Positions 46,899 through 57,768 of a stretch of DNA of 64,000 bases are shown here, piece by piece. Each line of letters starts with the position of its first letter. Positions within the stretch are counted from its first letter, which is position 1. Below the pieces are notes generated by a model. That model had not been told where the DNA came from. It worked only from the letters and a program-made list of their open reading frames with translations, and searched no databases. The translations under genes and the position numbers were made by a program. The DNA is from Sporomusaceae bacterium (GTDB taxonomy: Bacteria; Bacillota; Negativicutes; Acidaminococcales; JAJUGR01): the NCBI GenBank assembly GCA_029265905.1, contig JAJUGR010000010.1, positions 10,791 to 74,790 of the forward strand, in the 5' to 3' direction.

Positions 46899-48404
46899 AT
46901 GAGTAATAAACGGGGGCGTGGTGCCGTCAACACAGGGCGCGGATGGCCGTTGCTGGCTTTAGCGGTGATGGTCGGCGCACCAGCAACGGCGCTTGCCAGT
47001 GCGCCGGGCGCGGCCGAGTGTCCGTACCCGGTGTGGAGTGTTATTCCTTTCGTAGGCATGCTGCTGTCAATCGCATTAGGGCCACTGCTCAATGCGCACT
47101 GGTGGGAGCATAATATCGGCAAGGTCAGCTTCTTTTGGGCCATGCTGTTTGCCTTGCCGGCCGTGGCGCTGATCGGCGCCGGTGAAACGCTTTACGAACT
47201 GCTACATATAACGATTATCGACTACATCCCGTTTTTGGTTTTGCTGGAGGCCTTGTTCATCATCGTTGGCGGCATTGCGATCGACGGCGTGCTGCCGCAT
47301 ACGCCTTTTTCTAACACGCTTTTGCTGCTGACCGGCGCGGTGTTGGCCAGCTTCGTCGGGACGACCGGCGCGACCATTTTGATGATCCGTCCGCTGATCA
47401 AGGCCAATCGCGAGCGCCGGAACATTGTGCACACGATGATTTTTTTAATTTTCCTGGTCAGCAACATCGGCGGCGCTTTGACGCCGGTCGGCGATCCGCC
47501 GCTCTTCATCGGCTATCTGCACGGCGTGCCGTTTTTCTGGACGACGCTGCATGTCATCTTTCCTTGGCTGACCAGCGTCGCCGTGCTGCTAACGATTTAT
47601 TACTTCATTGATTACTACTACTACCAACGTTATTTGAAGGATGTTGCCAGTGGCGTGCTGCCCCCGCCGGCTGTTGAGACGGGCGTGCCGCGCGGCAAGA
47701 TCCGGATCAGCGGCGTTCTGAATCTCCTTTTTCTTGCCGGCACGCTGGGGGCGATTGTGCTCAGCGGCATGTATGCCACACATCCGGCCTTTTTTGATGA
47801 AGCCGCCAAATCGGCTAAGGGAGTCACGGTGATGTCCTTGCACGGCCATGCCTTGGTGATGCCGTACATCAACATCGTCCGCGACGGGTTTATACTGCTG
47901 ATGGCGGTATTGTCCTGGGTTCTCACCGCGCAGAGCGTGCGCGTGGCCAACAACTTCACCTGGGGCCCGATGAACGAAGTGGCGATTTTGTTCGCAGGTA
48001 TTTTTGCCACGATTATTCCGGCGCTGAAACTATTGCAGGCGCGCGGCGGCGAACTGGGCGTCACCTCGCCGGCGCAGTTTTTCTGGACGGCTGGCGCGTT
48101 ATCGAGCTTTTTGGATAATACGCCAACCTACCTGGCCTTCTTAAGCCTGGCCGGACAGATGGGGTCGCAGACCGGTGTTATGACCGACCTGGGACAGGTC
48201 AATGAGCGCATTTTGATGGCGATATCGTGCGGGGCCGTATTTATGGGCGCCAATACGTATATCGGCAATGCGCCGAATTTTATGGCCAAGGCGATAGCTG
48301 AGGAAAACGGGATTAAAATGCCGAGTTTCTTTGGCTATATGGGCTGGTCAGTGGCAATCCTCATCCCGGTTTTCATTTTGGTCACCTTCCTGTTTTTCCG
48401 TTAG
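46899..48404 (+). CDS. ArsB/NhaD-type (IT superfamily) permease, commonly annotated as sodium:proton antiporter or citrate transporter-like
   Basis: The ATG at 46899 follows AAGGAGGA. About 501 aa, polytopic. Family assignment is from general resemblance only. Confidence 0.55.
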   Translation: MSNKRGRGAVNTGRGWPLLALAVMVGAPATALASAPGAAECPYPVWSVIPFVGMLLSIALGPLLNAHWWEHNIGKVSFFWAMLFALPAVALIGAGETLYELLHITIIDYIPFLVLLEALFIIVGGIAIDGVLPHTPFSNTLLLLTGAVLASFVGTTGATILMIRPLIKANRERRNIVHTMIFLIFLVSNIGGALTPVGDPPLFIGYLHGVPFFWTTLHVIFPWLTSVAVLLTIYYFIDYYYYQRYLKDVASGVLPPPAVETGVPRGKIRISGVLNLLFLAGTLGAIVLSGMYATHPAFFDEAAKSAKGVTVMSLHGHALVMPYINIVRDGFILLMAVLSWVLTAQSVRVANNFTWGPMNEVAILFAGIFATIIPALKLLQARGGELGVTSPAQFFWTAGALSSFLDNTPTYLAFLSLAGQMGSQTGVMTDLGQVNERILMAISCGAVFMGANTYIGNAPNFMAKAIAEENGIKMPSFFGYMGWSVAILIPVFILVTFLFFR

Positions 48405-48441
48405 AAAGTTTTCTTCCATACAATAGACATAAATGCAAAAG

Positions 48442-48478
48442 CCAAGTCCAGGTGAGGGTTTTCCTCACCTGGACTTGG
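48442..48478. terminator. Perfect 16-bp hairpin between convergent genes (bidirectional terminator candidate)
   Basis: CCAAGTCCAGGTGAGG (48442..48457) / CCTCACCTGGACTTGG (48463..48478), 5-nt loop. The A-run on the left gives a T-run on the minus strand. Confidence 0.65.
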
Positions 48479-48503
48479 TCGCAGATACGATATTCCGTTG
48501 CCG

Positions 48504-48815
48504 CTATTCAACCGGGGGTTCGTAAGCCTGCACCCGAGCAGCAAAGTCAAGCGCATTGCTTGCTTGACTATACAGCTCAAGCACGGGCTGGGCATCCTTG
48601 AATTCCTTCGCCCAACGGAAGGCGCCTTCCGCTGTATACAAAGCCAGGATCAGCGGGCTTTCTACGGAGGCAGGAAAAAAACCTAAATCATCCGTCATTT
48701 GAAGATAATCACCGTCTGGTTCTAATTCCAAAATAAGCGCGGTGTTGTTGTCATCGGTTTCTTCTTCAATAAAAGCAGTAGATGCAAACAGCTGGAGAAA
48801 GGCTTGCTTGGTCAT
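48504..48815 (-). CDS. Hypothetical small acidic protein (103 aa)
   Basis: One of the few minus-strand genes in the core (the others are the truncated ORF at 1..25 and the glycosylase at 60009..60683). ATG at 48815 with GAGGTG 11 nt upstream. Rich in D/E; no recognised domain. Confidence 0.5.
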   Translation of the reverse strand: MTKQAFLQLFASTAFIEEETDDNNTALILELEPDGDYLQMTDDLGFFPASVESPLILALYTAEGAFRWAKEFKDAQPVLELYSQASNALDFAARVQAYEPPVE

Positions 48816-48958
48816 AGGATTGCCATCACCTCATTTTCTTTCTTGACAACAGCATACCGGAAGGCAGGGCTGTTGTCCACGCTTTCTTTGCAACGGCAGG
48901 AAAGAAAACAAGGGTGGCGAATAGAAACGACATACAAAACGTCTGAGGAGGAAATAGC

Positions 48959-50257
48959 GTGGATTTTACAAAAGAGGCGCAAGCATTGCAGGAAAAAATG
49001 ATTGCCAGAAGACGGGACTTTCATCGTCATCCGGAATCGGCCTGGACGGAATACCGCACGGCGGCCTTTGTGGCGCAAACGCTGACGGAACTAGGGTATG
49101 AGGTGGCGTGCGGGGCCCAGGTCATCGCCGAAGCGGCGATGATGGGCGTGCCAGAGGCGGACGTTTTAGCCGAGCACGAAAAAAGGGCTGTTGCGGAAGG
49201 CGCTGATCCGGCGTGGGTGGCTAAAATGGCTGGCGGGAAAACCGGCGTTGTTGGCACGATGCGCTTTGCCAAGCCGGGCAAGACGGTGGCGTTGCGTTTT
49301 GATATGGATGCGAACGATGTGGAAGAGGCGAAAGACGAGGGGCACCGACCATACAAGGAAGGCTTCGCCTCCTGCCACGCCGGGGTTATGCACGCCTGCG
49401 GCCATGACGGCCACACAGCCCTGGGACTGGCGGTGGCGGAGATTTTGGCCGGCGCCAGAGACGAGCTGTGCGGCACGCTAAAGCTGATTTTCCAACCGGC
49501 GGAGGAAGGCGTTCGCGGGGCAAGGGCCATGGTTGAAGCGGGCGTCGTTGACGGCGTCGATTACTTCTTCGGCTTGCATCTTGGATTTAATGCCAACAAG
49601 GCTGGACAGTTTGCCTGCACGACGGACGGTTTCCTGGCGACAACGAAGCTCGACGCCCGTTTCACCGGCTTGTCGAGCCATGCCGGGGCGGCGCCGGAAC
49701 AGGGGAAAAATGCGCTGTTGGCCGCGGCTGCCTCGAGCATTGCCGTCCACTCCATTTCCCGCCATGGCAAAGGCGCTTCCCGCATCAACGTCGGCGTTTT
49801 GCAAGCCGGCACGGGACGCAATGTGTTGCCGGACAGAGCGGTCGTCAAGCTGGAGACACGCGGGGCGACGACGGAAATTAACGAATTTATGATCAGCGAA
49901 GTGAAGCGCATGGTCCAAGCCTCCGCCATGCTGTATGACGTCAAAGTGGAAACGGAAATTATGGGGGGCGCGCCCTCCTGCTCGCTTGACAAAGAGATGG
50001 GCGAAAAGGTTTGCGAATTGGTCACGGCAACGGGCCGCTTCGGCGAAGTCGTGCCTTTGGTCAGCCTGGGCGCCAGCGAAGATTGCGCCTATTTCATGGA
50101 GCGCGTGCAGCAGCAAGGCGGACAGGCGATCTATTCCATGCTTGGCACGCCGATTGCCGCCGGTCATCACAATTTCCGCTTTGATTTTGACGAAAGTTGC
50201 CTCGCCGCCGGCGCGGCCACCTCGGCGGAATTGGCGGCCGCTTTTTTGGGCGCGTAG
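48959..50257 (+). CDS. M20-family amidohydrolase (aminoacylase / aminobenzoyl-glutamate hydrolase-like)
   Basis: 432 aa, GTG start after GAGGAGGA, with motifs HACGHDGH and FQPAEEG typical of M20D peptidases. Confidence 0.85.
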   Translation: MDFTKEAQALQEKMIARRRDFHRHPESAWTEYRTAAFVAQTLTELGYEVACGAQVIAEAAMMGVPEADVLAEHEKRAVAEGADPAWVAKMAGGKTGVVGTMRFAKPGKTVALRFDMDANDVEEAKDEGHRPYKEGFASCHAGVMHACGHDGHTALGLAVAEILAGARDELCGTLKLIFQPAEEGVRGARAMVEAGVVDGVDYFFGLHLGFNANKAGQFACTTDGFLATTKLDARFTGLSSHAGAAPEQGKNALLAAAASSIAVHSISRHGKGASRINVGVLQAGTGRNVLPDRAVVKLETRGATTEINEFMISEVKRMVQASAMLYDVKVETEIMGGAPSCSLDKEMGEKVCELVTATGRFGEVVPLVSLGASEDCAYFMERVQQQGGQAIYSMLGTPIAAGHHNFRFDFDESCLAAGAATSAELAAAFLGA

Positions 50258-50259
50258 CG

Positions 50260-50288
50260 TTGACGCTGACGCATGAGTATGATAGAAT
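50260..50288 (+). promoter_or_regulatory. Promoter candidate of the pyr operon
   Basis: TTGACG (50260..50265), 17-nt spacer, TAGAAT (50283..50288); overlaps the 3' end region of the amidohydrolase. Confidence 0.5.
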
Positions 50289-50299
50289 AAACGAAACTA

Positions 50300-50446
50300 A
50301 GAAGTAGAGTGTGTACCACAGACCACCTTTAAGCTAGTCCCGTGAGACTGGGAAGGGGAATCGGTCGAGCAGTCGATCGTCTGGCGGAACGCTTGTTGCG
50401 TTTTCGTGTGCCTTCTTGTCCAATCGGGCGGGAAGGCACTTTTTTA
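50300..50446 (+). promoter_or_regulatory. PyrR-binding attenuator leader of the pyrimidine operon
   Basis: CCUUUAAGCUAGUCCCGUGAGACUGGGAAGG resembles the PyrR binding loop (UUUAA...AGUCCAGAGAGGCU). Downstream terminator GTGCCTTC (50408..50415) / GAAGGCAC (50432..50439) plus TTTTTT. Confidence 0.7.
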
Positions 50447-50491
50447 TTGCCGAAAAGAGACGCTTGCCAAAAACGAGAGGGGGATTCCACC

Positions 50492-51448
50492 ATGGCGAAA
50501 GCAGCCGTATCGCTGCGACAGAGGGACATTCTGGATCTAGCTTCAATGGAACCGTCGGAATATGAACTGATTTTAAAGACTGCGGAAGAAATGAAAAAAC
50601 TGATCAATCGTGACATTAAGAAAGCGCCAACCTTGCGCGGCAAAGCGATTGTCAATTTGTTTTTTGAAGCGAGCACAAGAACGCGCACTTCGTTTGAGTT
50701 GGCAGGCAAATACCTTGGCGCCGACGTCATCAACATCTCCACCTCCACCTCGAGCGTGACAAAGGGCGAGAGCTTGCGTGATACGCTGCTGACGGTTGAG
50801 GCGATGGGGGTTGACGCCATCGTAATGCGCCATCCGGCGGAAGGGGCTGCGCATTATGCGTCGCAGATCGTGAAGCCCGTGATCATCAACGCCGGCGACG
50901 GTGCGCACGCCCACCCGACGCAAGGTCTGCTCGATTTGTTTACGATCAAACAATATAAAGGCCGCTTTGAAGGCCTGAAGGTCGCCATCGTCGGCGACGT
51001 GCTCCACAGCCGTGTGGCCAGAACAAACATTTCCGCCCTGAACAAACTCGGCGCCGACGTTCATGTCGCCGGTCCGAGCACGCTGATGCCCCGGGAAGTG
51101 GAACAACTGGGCGTGACGGTCCACCACCGCGTGGAAGAAGCGTTGGAAGGCGCTGATGTCGTGGACGTGCTGCGCATCCAATTGGAGCGCCAGAAAAAAG
51201 GCCTGTTCCCGACCCCGCGCGAATACGCCCGCATTTTCGGCGTGAACGCCGCCCGTTTGGCGTTGGCCAAGGAAGACGTGCTCTTGATGCACCCGGGTCC
51301 GATGAACCGCGGGTTGGAAATTTCGCCCGACGTCGCTTACGGCGACCGGTCGGCAATAACGGAAGAAGTGCAAAACGGTGTTGCCGTACGCATGGCCATT
51401 CTATTCTTGGTGCTGATGGGAGGGAAACCGCTTGAAGCTATTGATTAA
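50492..51448 (+). CDS. pyrB: Aspartate carbamoyltransferase catalytic subunit
   Basis: The ATG at 50492 follows GAGAGGGGG; the ORF-track start at 50342 lies within the leader. Motifs [17 protein letters not shown] and HPGPMNRG. Confidence 0.93.
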   Translation: MAKAAVSLRQRDILDLASMEPSEYELILKTAEEMKKLINRDIKKAPTLRGKAIVNLFFEASTRTRTSFELAGKYLGADVINISTSTSSVTKGESLRDTLLTVEAMGVDAIVMRHPAEGAAHYASQIVKPVIINAGDGAHAHPTQGLLDLFTIKQYKGRFEGLKVAIVGDVLHSRVARTNISALNKLGADVHVAGPSTLMPREVEQLGVTVHHRVEEALEGADVVDVLRIQLERQKKGLFPTPREYARIFGVNAARLALAKEDVLLMHPGPMNRGLEISPDVAYGDRSAITEEVQNGVAVRMAILFLVLMGGKPLEAID

Positions 51449-52736
51449 AGGGGGACGCCTCGTCGACCCGTCACAGAATCTGGATGCGGCAAGAGACATT
51501 TTGATTGAGGACGGCCTGGTCGCCGCCGTCGGCGAAACGCTGACGGCTGACGCCGATACGCAGGTCGTCGATGCGACCGGACTGGTTGTCGCACCGGGGC
51601 TTGTTGATCTCCATGTTCACCTGCGCGAGCCGGGGCAGGAAGCGAAAGAAGACATCGTAACCGGCACGAAAGCGGCGGTGGCCGGCGGCTTCACGACGAT
51701 CGTGCCGATGGCCAACACCCGCCCGATCGTGGATTCAGCCATTATCGTGTCGGGCCTGAAGGAGCGGATCAGCCGGGAAGCGCTGGCGGAAGTCATGCTG
51801 GTCGGTTCCGTCACCAAAGGCTTGAACGGCGAGGAGTTGTCCGAGATGGGCGATATGGCCGAGCACGGCGCGGTCGCTTTTTCCGACGACGGCCGGTTTG
51901 TGGAAAACAGCCGCTTGTTCCGCTCCGCCTTGGAGTATGCCAGCATGTTCAATAAGCCGATAATCTCCCATGCGGAGGATCCGACCCTGGCCGGCGACGG
52001 GTATATGCATGAAGGCGCCGTTTCCGCGCGCCTGGGCATCCCGGGCATCCCGGCTGTTGCAGAAGATATCGCCGTGGCCAGGGATGTGCTGCTGGCGGAA
52101 AATACCGGCGCCCATTTGCATGTCGCGCATGTTTCGACTAAAGGCGCGGTAGAAATTATCCGCCAAGCGAAAAAACGCGGCGTGAAGGTCACAGCTGAAG
52201 CCGCGGTTCACCACTTGACCCTGACGGACGAAGCGGTCAGCGGTTTCAGCACGGCGACCAAGGTTGCGCCGCCGCTTCGCTCTAGTGAGCATGTGCAGGC
52301 GCTGCGCGAGGGCCTGAAAGATGGCACGCTCAATGCGATTATTACCGACCATGCCCCGCATGCGTTTGAAGAAAAAGACGTCGAATTCCGCTATGCGCCG
52401 AATGGCTTCTGCGGCTTGGAAACGGCGCTGGGGGTCATTTTAACTGAACTTTATCACACTGGGGAGTTTTCTTTAAGCGAAATTATTGGTAAAATGAGTG
52501 TGGAGCCGGCGCATATTTTCTCACTGAAAGCTGGAAGTTTAAAAGTTGGCATGCCGGGGAACGTCGTGTTAATCGATTTAAACAAAGAGTGGACAGTGAA
52601 AAAAGAGAATTTTTATACGCGCGGTAAAGCAACGCCCTATGAGGGGAAACACTGCCGGGGGCAAGCGGTGATGACGATTGTTCGCGGTAATGTGAGAATG
52701 AAAGATGGTGAAGTATGCGTAGGAAAGCAAAACTAA
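51432..52736 (+). CDS. pyrC: Dihydroorotase
   Basis: 434 aa, TTG start, with [10 protein letters not shown] and a metal-binding pattern typical of class I DHOase. Confidence 0.92.
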   Translation: MKLLIKGGRLVDPSQNLDAARDILIEDGLVAAVGETLTADADTQVVDATGLVVAPGLVDLHVHLREPGQEAKEDIVTGTKAAVAGGFTTIVPMANTRPIVDSAIIVSGLKERISREALAEVMLVGSVTKGLNGEELSEMGDMAEHGAVAFSDDGRFVENSRLFRSALEYASMFNKPIISHAEDPTLAGDGYMHEGAVSARLGIPGIPAVAEDIAVARDVLLAENTGAHLHVAHVSTKGAVEIIRQAKKRGVKVTAEAAVHHLTLTDEAVSGFSTATKVAPPLRSSEHVQALREGLKDGTLNAIITDHAPHAFEEKDVEFRYAPNGFCGLETALGVILTELYHTGEFSLSEIIGKMSVEPAHIFSLKAGSLKVGMPGNVVLIDLNKEWTVKKENFYTRGKATPYEGKHCRGQAVMTIVRGNVRMKDGEVCVGKQN

Positions 52737-53782
52737 TTCTTGAAGACGGCACGGTGCAGACGGGCGTACTGATTGGTGCGGAAAAGGCGGCCGTGGGCGA
52801 AGTCGTTTTCACCACCGGCATGACCGGTTATCAGGAAGTCCTGACCGACCCGTCCTATTGCGGACAGATTGTGACGATGACGTATCCGCTGATCGGCAAC
52901 TACGGCGTTTGCGACTTGTTCAACCAAGCGCGCCGCTCGTTTGTGCGTGGGTTTGTGATTGATGAGCTCTGCGATACGCCGAGCAACTGGCGCAGCCAGA
53001 CTTGCCTGGAAGAATATTTGAAGGCCAACGACATTCCCTGCCTGACGGGAATCGACACGCGGGCGATCACGCGCAAAATCCGCGTGAACGGCACCATGCG
53101 CGGCATGATCGTCCCGGAAGGCGAGGAAATCGACGCGCAAGCGATCATCGCCAAGCATGAAGAGCATGATCAGGTGGCGCAGGTCACGACGCCGGAAACG
53201 TACGTCATGGACAATGACGGCCCGCACGTGGTGGTGCTCGACCTGGGGATCAAACGCAACATTTTGCTGTCGATGCATGAAATGGGCTTCAAGCTGACGG
53301 TTGTTCCGGCCTTTACGAGCGCCGAAGCGATCAAGGCGCTGAACCCGGACGGCCTCTTTTTCTCCAACGGCCCTGGCGATCCGAAGGATGTGCCGCAAGC
53401 GATTGAAACGATCCGCCAATTGATCGGCTACAAGCCGATGTTCGGCATCTGCCTCGGCCACCAGCTGTTGTGCCTGGCTTTGGGGGCGGACACGTACAAA
53501 TTGAAGTTCGGCCATCGCGGGGTGAACCACCCGGTCAAGGATCTCAGCCTCGATCGCGTATTCATCTCCTCGCAAAATCATGGGTATGCCGTTGACGAAG
53601 CTTCGCTCAAGGGGCTTGATTTGGTTGTGACCCATCTGGCGGTCAATGACGGCACCGTTGAAGGCATGCGCCACACGAAGCTGCCGATTTTTTCCGTGCA
53701 ATACCATCCGGAAGCAGCGCCAGGGCCAGATGACAACATCTACCTGTTTGAACAGTTCAAGAAACTGATGGGAGGATGTTGA
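52715..53782 (+). CDS. carA: Carbamoyl-phosphate synthase small (glutaminase) subunit
   Basis: 355 aa with the catalytic-Cys context GICLGHQLL and the HGYAV / YHPEA motifs. Confidence 0.94.
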   Translation: MRRKAKLILEDGTVQTGVLIGAEKAAVGEVVFTTGMTGYQEVLTDPSYCGQIVTMTYPLIGNYGVCDLFNQARRSFVRGFVIDELCDTPSNWRSQTCLEEYLKANDIPCLTGIDTRAITRKIRVNGTMRGMIVPEGEEIDAQAIIAKHEEHDQVAQVTTPETYVMDNDGPHVVVLDLGIKRNILLSMHEMGFKLTVVPAFTSAEAIKALNPDGLFFSNGPGDPKDVPQAIETIRQLIGYKPMFGICLGHQLLCLALGADTYKLKFGHRGVNHPVKDLSLDRVFISSQNHGYAVDEASLKGLDLVVTHLAVNDGTVEGMRHTKLPIFSVQYHPEAAPGPDDNIYLFEQFKKLMGGC

Positions 53783-53783
53783 G

Positions 53784-56700
53784 ATGCCGTTAAATAAAGA
53801 CCTGAAGAGAGTTATGGTAATCGGTTCCGGTCCGATCGTCATCGGCCAGGCCGCCGAGTTTGATTATGCCGGTACGCAGGCTTGCCGCGCCTTGAAGGAA
53901 GAGGGACTGGAAGTCGTTCTGGTCAATAGCAACCCGGCGACGATCATGACGGATAAAAACGTCGCCGACCGCGTTTACATTGAGCCGCTGACGCCGGATT
54001 TTTTGGAAGCGGTTATTGAAAAAGAGCGTCCGGACGGCCTGCTCGCCACCCTGGGCGGACAAGTCGGCCTGAACCTGGCGGTTGACCTGGCTAAAAACGG
54101 CACGCTGGACCGCTACAATGTGAAGCTTCTTGGCACTTCGCTGGAGAGCATCAAAAAAGCGGAAGACCGGGAGCTGTTCAAGGAAACGATGCAGAAGCTT
54201 GACCAGCCTGTGCCGGAGAGCACCATCGTTGAAACGGTGCATGCAGCGCGGGAGTTCGCCCGCGAGGTCGGATATCCCTTGATCGTGCGTCCGGCCTACA
54301 CGCTGGGCGGAACGGGCGGCGGCATCGTCTCCTGTGAAGAAGAGCTCCTCGACGTCGTCAACCGCGGCTTGAAATACAGCCTGATCGGTCAGGCGCTGAT
54401 TGAACGCAGCGTCGCCGGCTGGAAAGAAGTCGAGTACGAAGTTATCCGCGATGCCAAGAACAACTGCATCACCGTCTGCAACATGGAAAATATCGATCCG
54501 GTCGGCGTGCATACGGGCGACAGCATTGTCGTGGCGCCGTCGCAGACATTGAGCGACCGCGAGTATCAGATGCTGCGCACCGCCTCGCTGAAAATCATCC
54601 GCGAGCTGGGCGTGGAAGGCGGCTGCAACGTTCAGTACGCGCTTGACCCGTATTCCGAACGCTACTATGTTATCGAGGTTAATCCGCGCGTCAGCCGTTC
54701 GAGCGCCCTGGCTTCCAAGGCGACCGGTTATCCGATCGCCAAGGTGGCCTCGAAAATCGCGATCGGTTACACGCTGGACGAGATCGACAATGCTGTAACC
54801 GGCAAAACGAAAGCCTGCTTTGAGCCGGCGCTCGACTATGTCGTCGTCAAGTTCCCGCGCTGGCCGTTTGACAAGTTCCCGCGGGCTGACCGCAAACTTG
54901 GCACGCAGATGAAAGCGACCGGTGAAGTCATGGCGATCGACCGGAATCTCGAGGGGGCGCTGCTAAAAGCGATCCGTTCGCTGGAAATCGGCTTGACCCA
55001 TCTGGAGATGGCTTCGCTGAAAGGCTTGAGCGACGAAGAGATCCGCGCTCGCCTGCACCTGATCGACGACGAGCGCCTGTTTGTGATCGCGGAAGCGTTC
55101 CGCCGCGGCGTCGAGCTGGAAGACATCCACGTCATCACCAAGATCGACCGCTTCTTTTTGGAGAAGCTGTACAACATCATTTGGATGGAAAAACGCCTGG
55201 TTGCCGAAGAAATGTCGCCGGAGCTGCTGCGCCGGGCCAAACGCATGGGCTTTGCCGATGCGGTGATTGGCAAGCTGACGGGCAAGACGGAGCCGGAGAT
55301 GCGCGCGCAGCGCAACGACTGGAATATCATCCCGTGCTACAAAATGGTTGACACCTGCGCGGCCGAGTTCGAGGCGCTGACGCCTTACTACTACTCGACG
55401 TATGCCTTCGAGGATGAAGTGGTTGTCACCGACAAGCCGAAGGTGCTTGTGTTGGGCTCCGGTCCGATCCGCATCGGGCAGGGGATTGAGTTTGACTACT
55501 GCTCCGTCCATTCCGTCTGGGCTTTGAAGGAGCTGGGCTACGAAACGGTTATCATCAACAACAATCCGGAAACCGTCAGCACGGACTTTGATACGGCCGA
55601 TCGTCTCTACTTTGAGCCGCTGACGATTGAAGACGTCATGAACGTCATTGATAAGGAAAAGCCGGAAGGCGTCATCGTCCAATTCGGCGGCCAAACCGCG
55701 ATCAACTTGGCCGCTCCTTTGGCCAAACGCGGCGTCAAGATCCTTGGCACCAGTGTCGACGGCATCGACCGTGCGGAAGACCGCGAGCGTTTTGACGAAC
55801 TTTTGACGCAGGTCGACATCCCTCGCCCGAAAGGCCACACCGTCACTTCGGCCGAAGAGGCCATTCCGGCGGCCAACGACGTCGGCTACCCGGTTGTCGT
55901 GCGTCCTTCCTATGTGCTGGGCGGCCGGGCGATGGAAATCGTCTACAACGACGAAGAACTTGACTACTACATGAAAAATGCGGTCAAGGCCTCGCCGGAA
56001 CATCCGGTCTTGGTCGACCATTATATGCAAGGCACGGAAGTCGAGGTTGACGCCATCGCCGACGGCACGGACGTCGTCATTCCGGGCATTATGGAGCATA
56101 TCGAGCGGGCCGGCGTCCATTCCGGCGACAGCACCGCCGTCTATCCGCCCCGCAGCCTGTCGAAAAAGGTGATGGATTGCATCCTCGACTACACGAACCG
56201 CCTCGCCCTGGGCTTGAATGTCCGCGGCTTGATCAACATTCAGTACGTTGTTGTCGATGACGAGGTTTATGTCATCGAAGTAAATCCGCGTTCGAGCCGG
56301 ACGGTGCCTTTCTTGAGCAAAGTGACCGATATTCCGATGGTCAACGTCGCGACGAAAGTCGCCCTGGGCAAGAGCTTGCGCGAACTGGGCTACGAAGCGG
56401 GCTTGAAAGCCTTCCCGAACTTCTTTGCGGTGAAAGCGCCAGTCTTCTCCTTTGCCAAAATGCACCGCGTCGATATTTCGCTCGGACCGGAGATGAAATC
56501 GACCGGCGAAGTCATGGGCATCGACTACCATTATGCCCGGGCGCTTTATAAAGCCAACACGGGCGCCGGCCTCAACGTGCCGGAGGAAGGGTGCATCCTC
56601 TTCACGGTCGCCGACCGCGACAAGGAGGAAGCGCTGGAATTGGCGAAGGGATTCAGCCAGCTTGGCTATGCGCTGATGGCGACGCCGGGTACGGCGGCTT

Positions 56701-57005
56701 ACTTCCGCAAAGCAGGCCTGTTCGTTGAAGAAGCAGCCAAGGTCAGCGCTGAGTCGCCGAACCTGCTGGATGCGATCAAAAAAGGCCAGATCCATATCGT
56801 CATCAACACGCTGACGCATGGCCGGGAACCTGAGCGCGACGGCTTCAAAATCCGCCGGGCGACCGTGGAACATGCCATTCCCTGCCTGACCTCCATGGAT
56901 ACGGCGGCAGAGGTGCTTGGCGTGCTGGACGTCATGCGCGACAGACGCCACATCTACGTGATGGCGCTGCAGGATTATATTGGGGAAGGTGAAAACTTTG
57001 GGTGA
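53784..57005 (+). CDS. carB: Carbamoyl-phosphate synthase large subunit
   Basis: 1073 aa with duplicated ATP-grasp halves and an MGS-like C-terminal domain. Confidence 0.96.
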   Translation: MPLNKDLKRVMVIGSGPIVIGQAAEFDYAGTQACRALKEEGLEVVLVNSNPATIMTDKNVADRVYIEPLTPDFLEAVIEKERPDGLLATLGGQVGLNLAVDLAKNGTLDRYNVKLLGTSLESIKKAEDRELFKETMQKLDQPVPESTIVETVHAAREFAREVGYPLIVRPAYTLGGTGGGIVSCEEELLDVVNRGLKYSLIGQALIERSVAGWKEVEYEVIRDAKNNCITVCNMENIDPVGVHTGDSIVVAPSQTLSDREYQMLRTASLKIIRELGVEGGCNVQYALDPYSERYYVIEVNPRVSRSSALASKATGYPIAKVASKIAIGYTLDEIDNAVTGKTKACFEPALDYVVVKFPRWPFDKFPRADRKLGTQMKATGEVMAIDRNLEGALLKAIRSLEIGLTHLEMASLKGLSDEEIRARLHLIDDERLFVIAEAFRRGVELEDIHVITKIDRFFLEKLYNIIWMEKRLVAEEMSPELLRRAKRMGFADAVIGKLTGKTEPEMRAQRNDWNIIPCYKMVDTCAAEFEALTPYYYSTYAFEDEVVVTDKPKVLVLGSGPIRIGQGIEFDYCSVHSVWALKELGYETVIINNNPETVSTDFDTADRLYFEPLTIEDVMNVIDKEKPEGVIVQFGGQTAINLAAPLAKRGVKILGTSVDGIDRAEDRERFDELLTQVDIPRPKGHTVTSAEEAIPAANDVGYPVVVRPSYVLGGRAMEIVYNDEELDYYMKNAVKASPEHPVLVDHYMQGTEVEVDAIADGTDVVIPGIMEHIERAGVHSGDSTAVYPPRSLSKKVMDCILDYTNRLALGLNVRGLINIQYVVVDDEVYVIEVNPRSSRTVPFLSKVTDIPMVNVATKVALGKSLRELGYEAGLKAFPNFFAVKAPVFSFAKMHRVDISLGPEMKSTGEVMGIDYHYARALYKANTGAGLNVPEEGCILFTVADRDKEEALELAKGFSQLGYALMATPGTAAYFRKAGLFVEEAAKVSAESPNLLDAIKKGQIHIVINTLTHGREPERDGFKIRRATVEHAIPCLTSMDTAAEVLGVLDVMRDRRHIYVMALQDYIGEGENFG

Positions 57006-57768
57006 TAAACGGCGCTTTAGCGCAACCCTTGTTCAACAGCAACAAATGAATCATGACGTGTATCGGATGGTGCTGTCGGCGCCGGAGATTGCGGCGATGA
57101 TCAAGCCGGGACAGTTTTTGCAGCTCAAGACCGGACGATTGATGGATCCTTTGTTGCGGCGTCCGATCAGCATTGCTGACGCGGATGACGGCGAGGGGAC
57201 GCTCCAGCTCGTTTACCGTGTAGTGGGCGAAGGCACGAAATATTTAGCCGGACTACAGCAAGGGGCCGAGATTGATATTCTCGGCCCCTTGGGAAACGGC
57301 TTTACCTTGCAAGGCGAACGCCCGCTGATCGTTGGCGGCGGCATGGGCATCGCGCCGCTTTTGTATCTTGTCCGCGCGCTGTGCCCCAAGCCGGTTGATG
57401 TGCTGTTGGCTGGCCGCGAAGCAAGCGAGCTGTTTTGGATCAAGCTGTTTGCCGAACGCTGCCAGGCCGTCCACGTGACGACGGATGACGGCAGCCTTGG
57501 CACCAAGGGCAACGCCCTGGCGCTGCTGCCTCAGTTGTTGGCGCAAGGCCAATACGACATGCTCTATACCTGCGGGCCGGATCCGATGATGGAAGCGGTG
57601 GCCAAAGAGGCGGCCAAACACGGCGTGCCTTGCCAGGTTTCCCTGGAGCGCTATATGGCGTGCGGCATCGGCGCCTGCTTGTCGTGCAGCTGCGGCGCCA
57701 AGGATGGCTCGCGCAAAAAGGTTTGTACGGACGGCCCGGTCTTTTGGGCTGAGGAGGTGATGCTGTGA
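56998..57768 (+). CDS. pyrK: Dihydroorotate dehydrogenase B electron-transfer subunit
   Basis: The frame opens at 56980. The TTG at 56998, preceded by GGGGAAGGTGA, is the likeliest start. FAD/NAD-binding fold and a C-terminal 2Fe-2S motif [11 protein letters not shown]. Confidence 0.88.
   Translation: MGDKRRFSATLVQQQQMNHDVYRMVLSAPEIAAMIKPGQFLQLKTGRLMDPLLRRPISIADADDGEGTLQLVYRVVGEGTKYLAGLQQGAEIDILGPLGNGFTLQGERPLIVGGGMGIAPLLYLVRALCPKPVDVLLAGREASELFWIKLFAERCQAVHVTTDDGSLGTKGNALALLPQLLAQGQYDMLYTCGPDPMMEAVAKEAAKHGVPCQVSLERYMACGIGACLSCSCGAKDGSRKKVCTDGPVFWAEEVML

Noticed and set aside
50342-50491. N-terminal extension of pyrB in the ORF track. Similar extensions occur at 4686..4763 (aroC), 29558..29698 (rex), 30711..30761, 15811..15885 (valS), 46803..46898 and 60684..60791.
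   Set aside because: Each extension overlaps a leader RNA, terminator or upstream gene. Each also lacks an RBS, whereas an internal start with a good Shine-Dalgarno gives the canonical family N-terminus.
54963-56951. 662-aa ORF antisense to carB. Others lie at 52733..53842 (carA), 50573..51373 (pyrB) and 57440..58402 (pyrK/pyrD).
   Set aside because: Same reasoning: the sense strand is a textbook pyr operon, and the antisense products are low-complexity and lack start-site signals.
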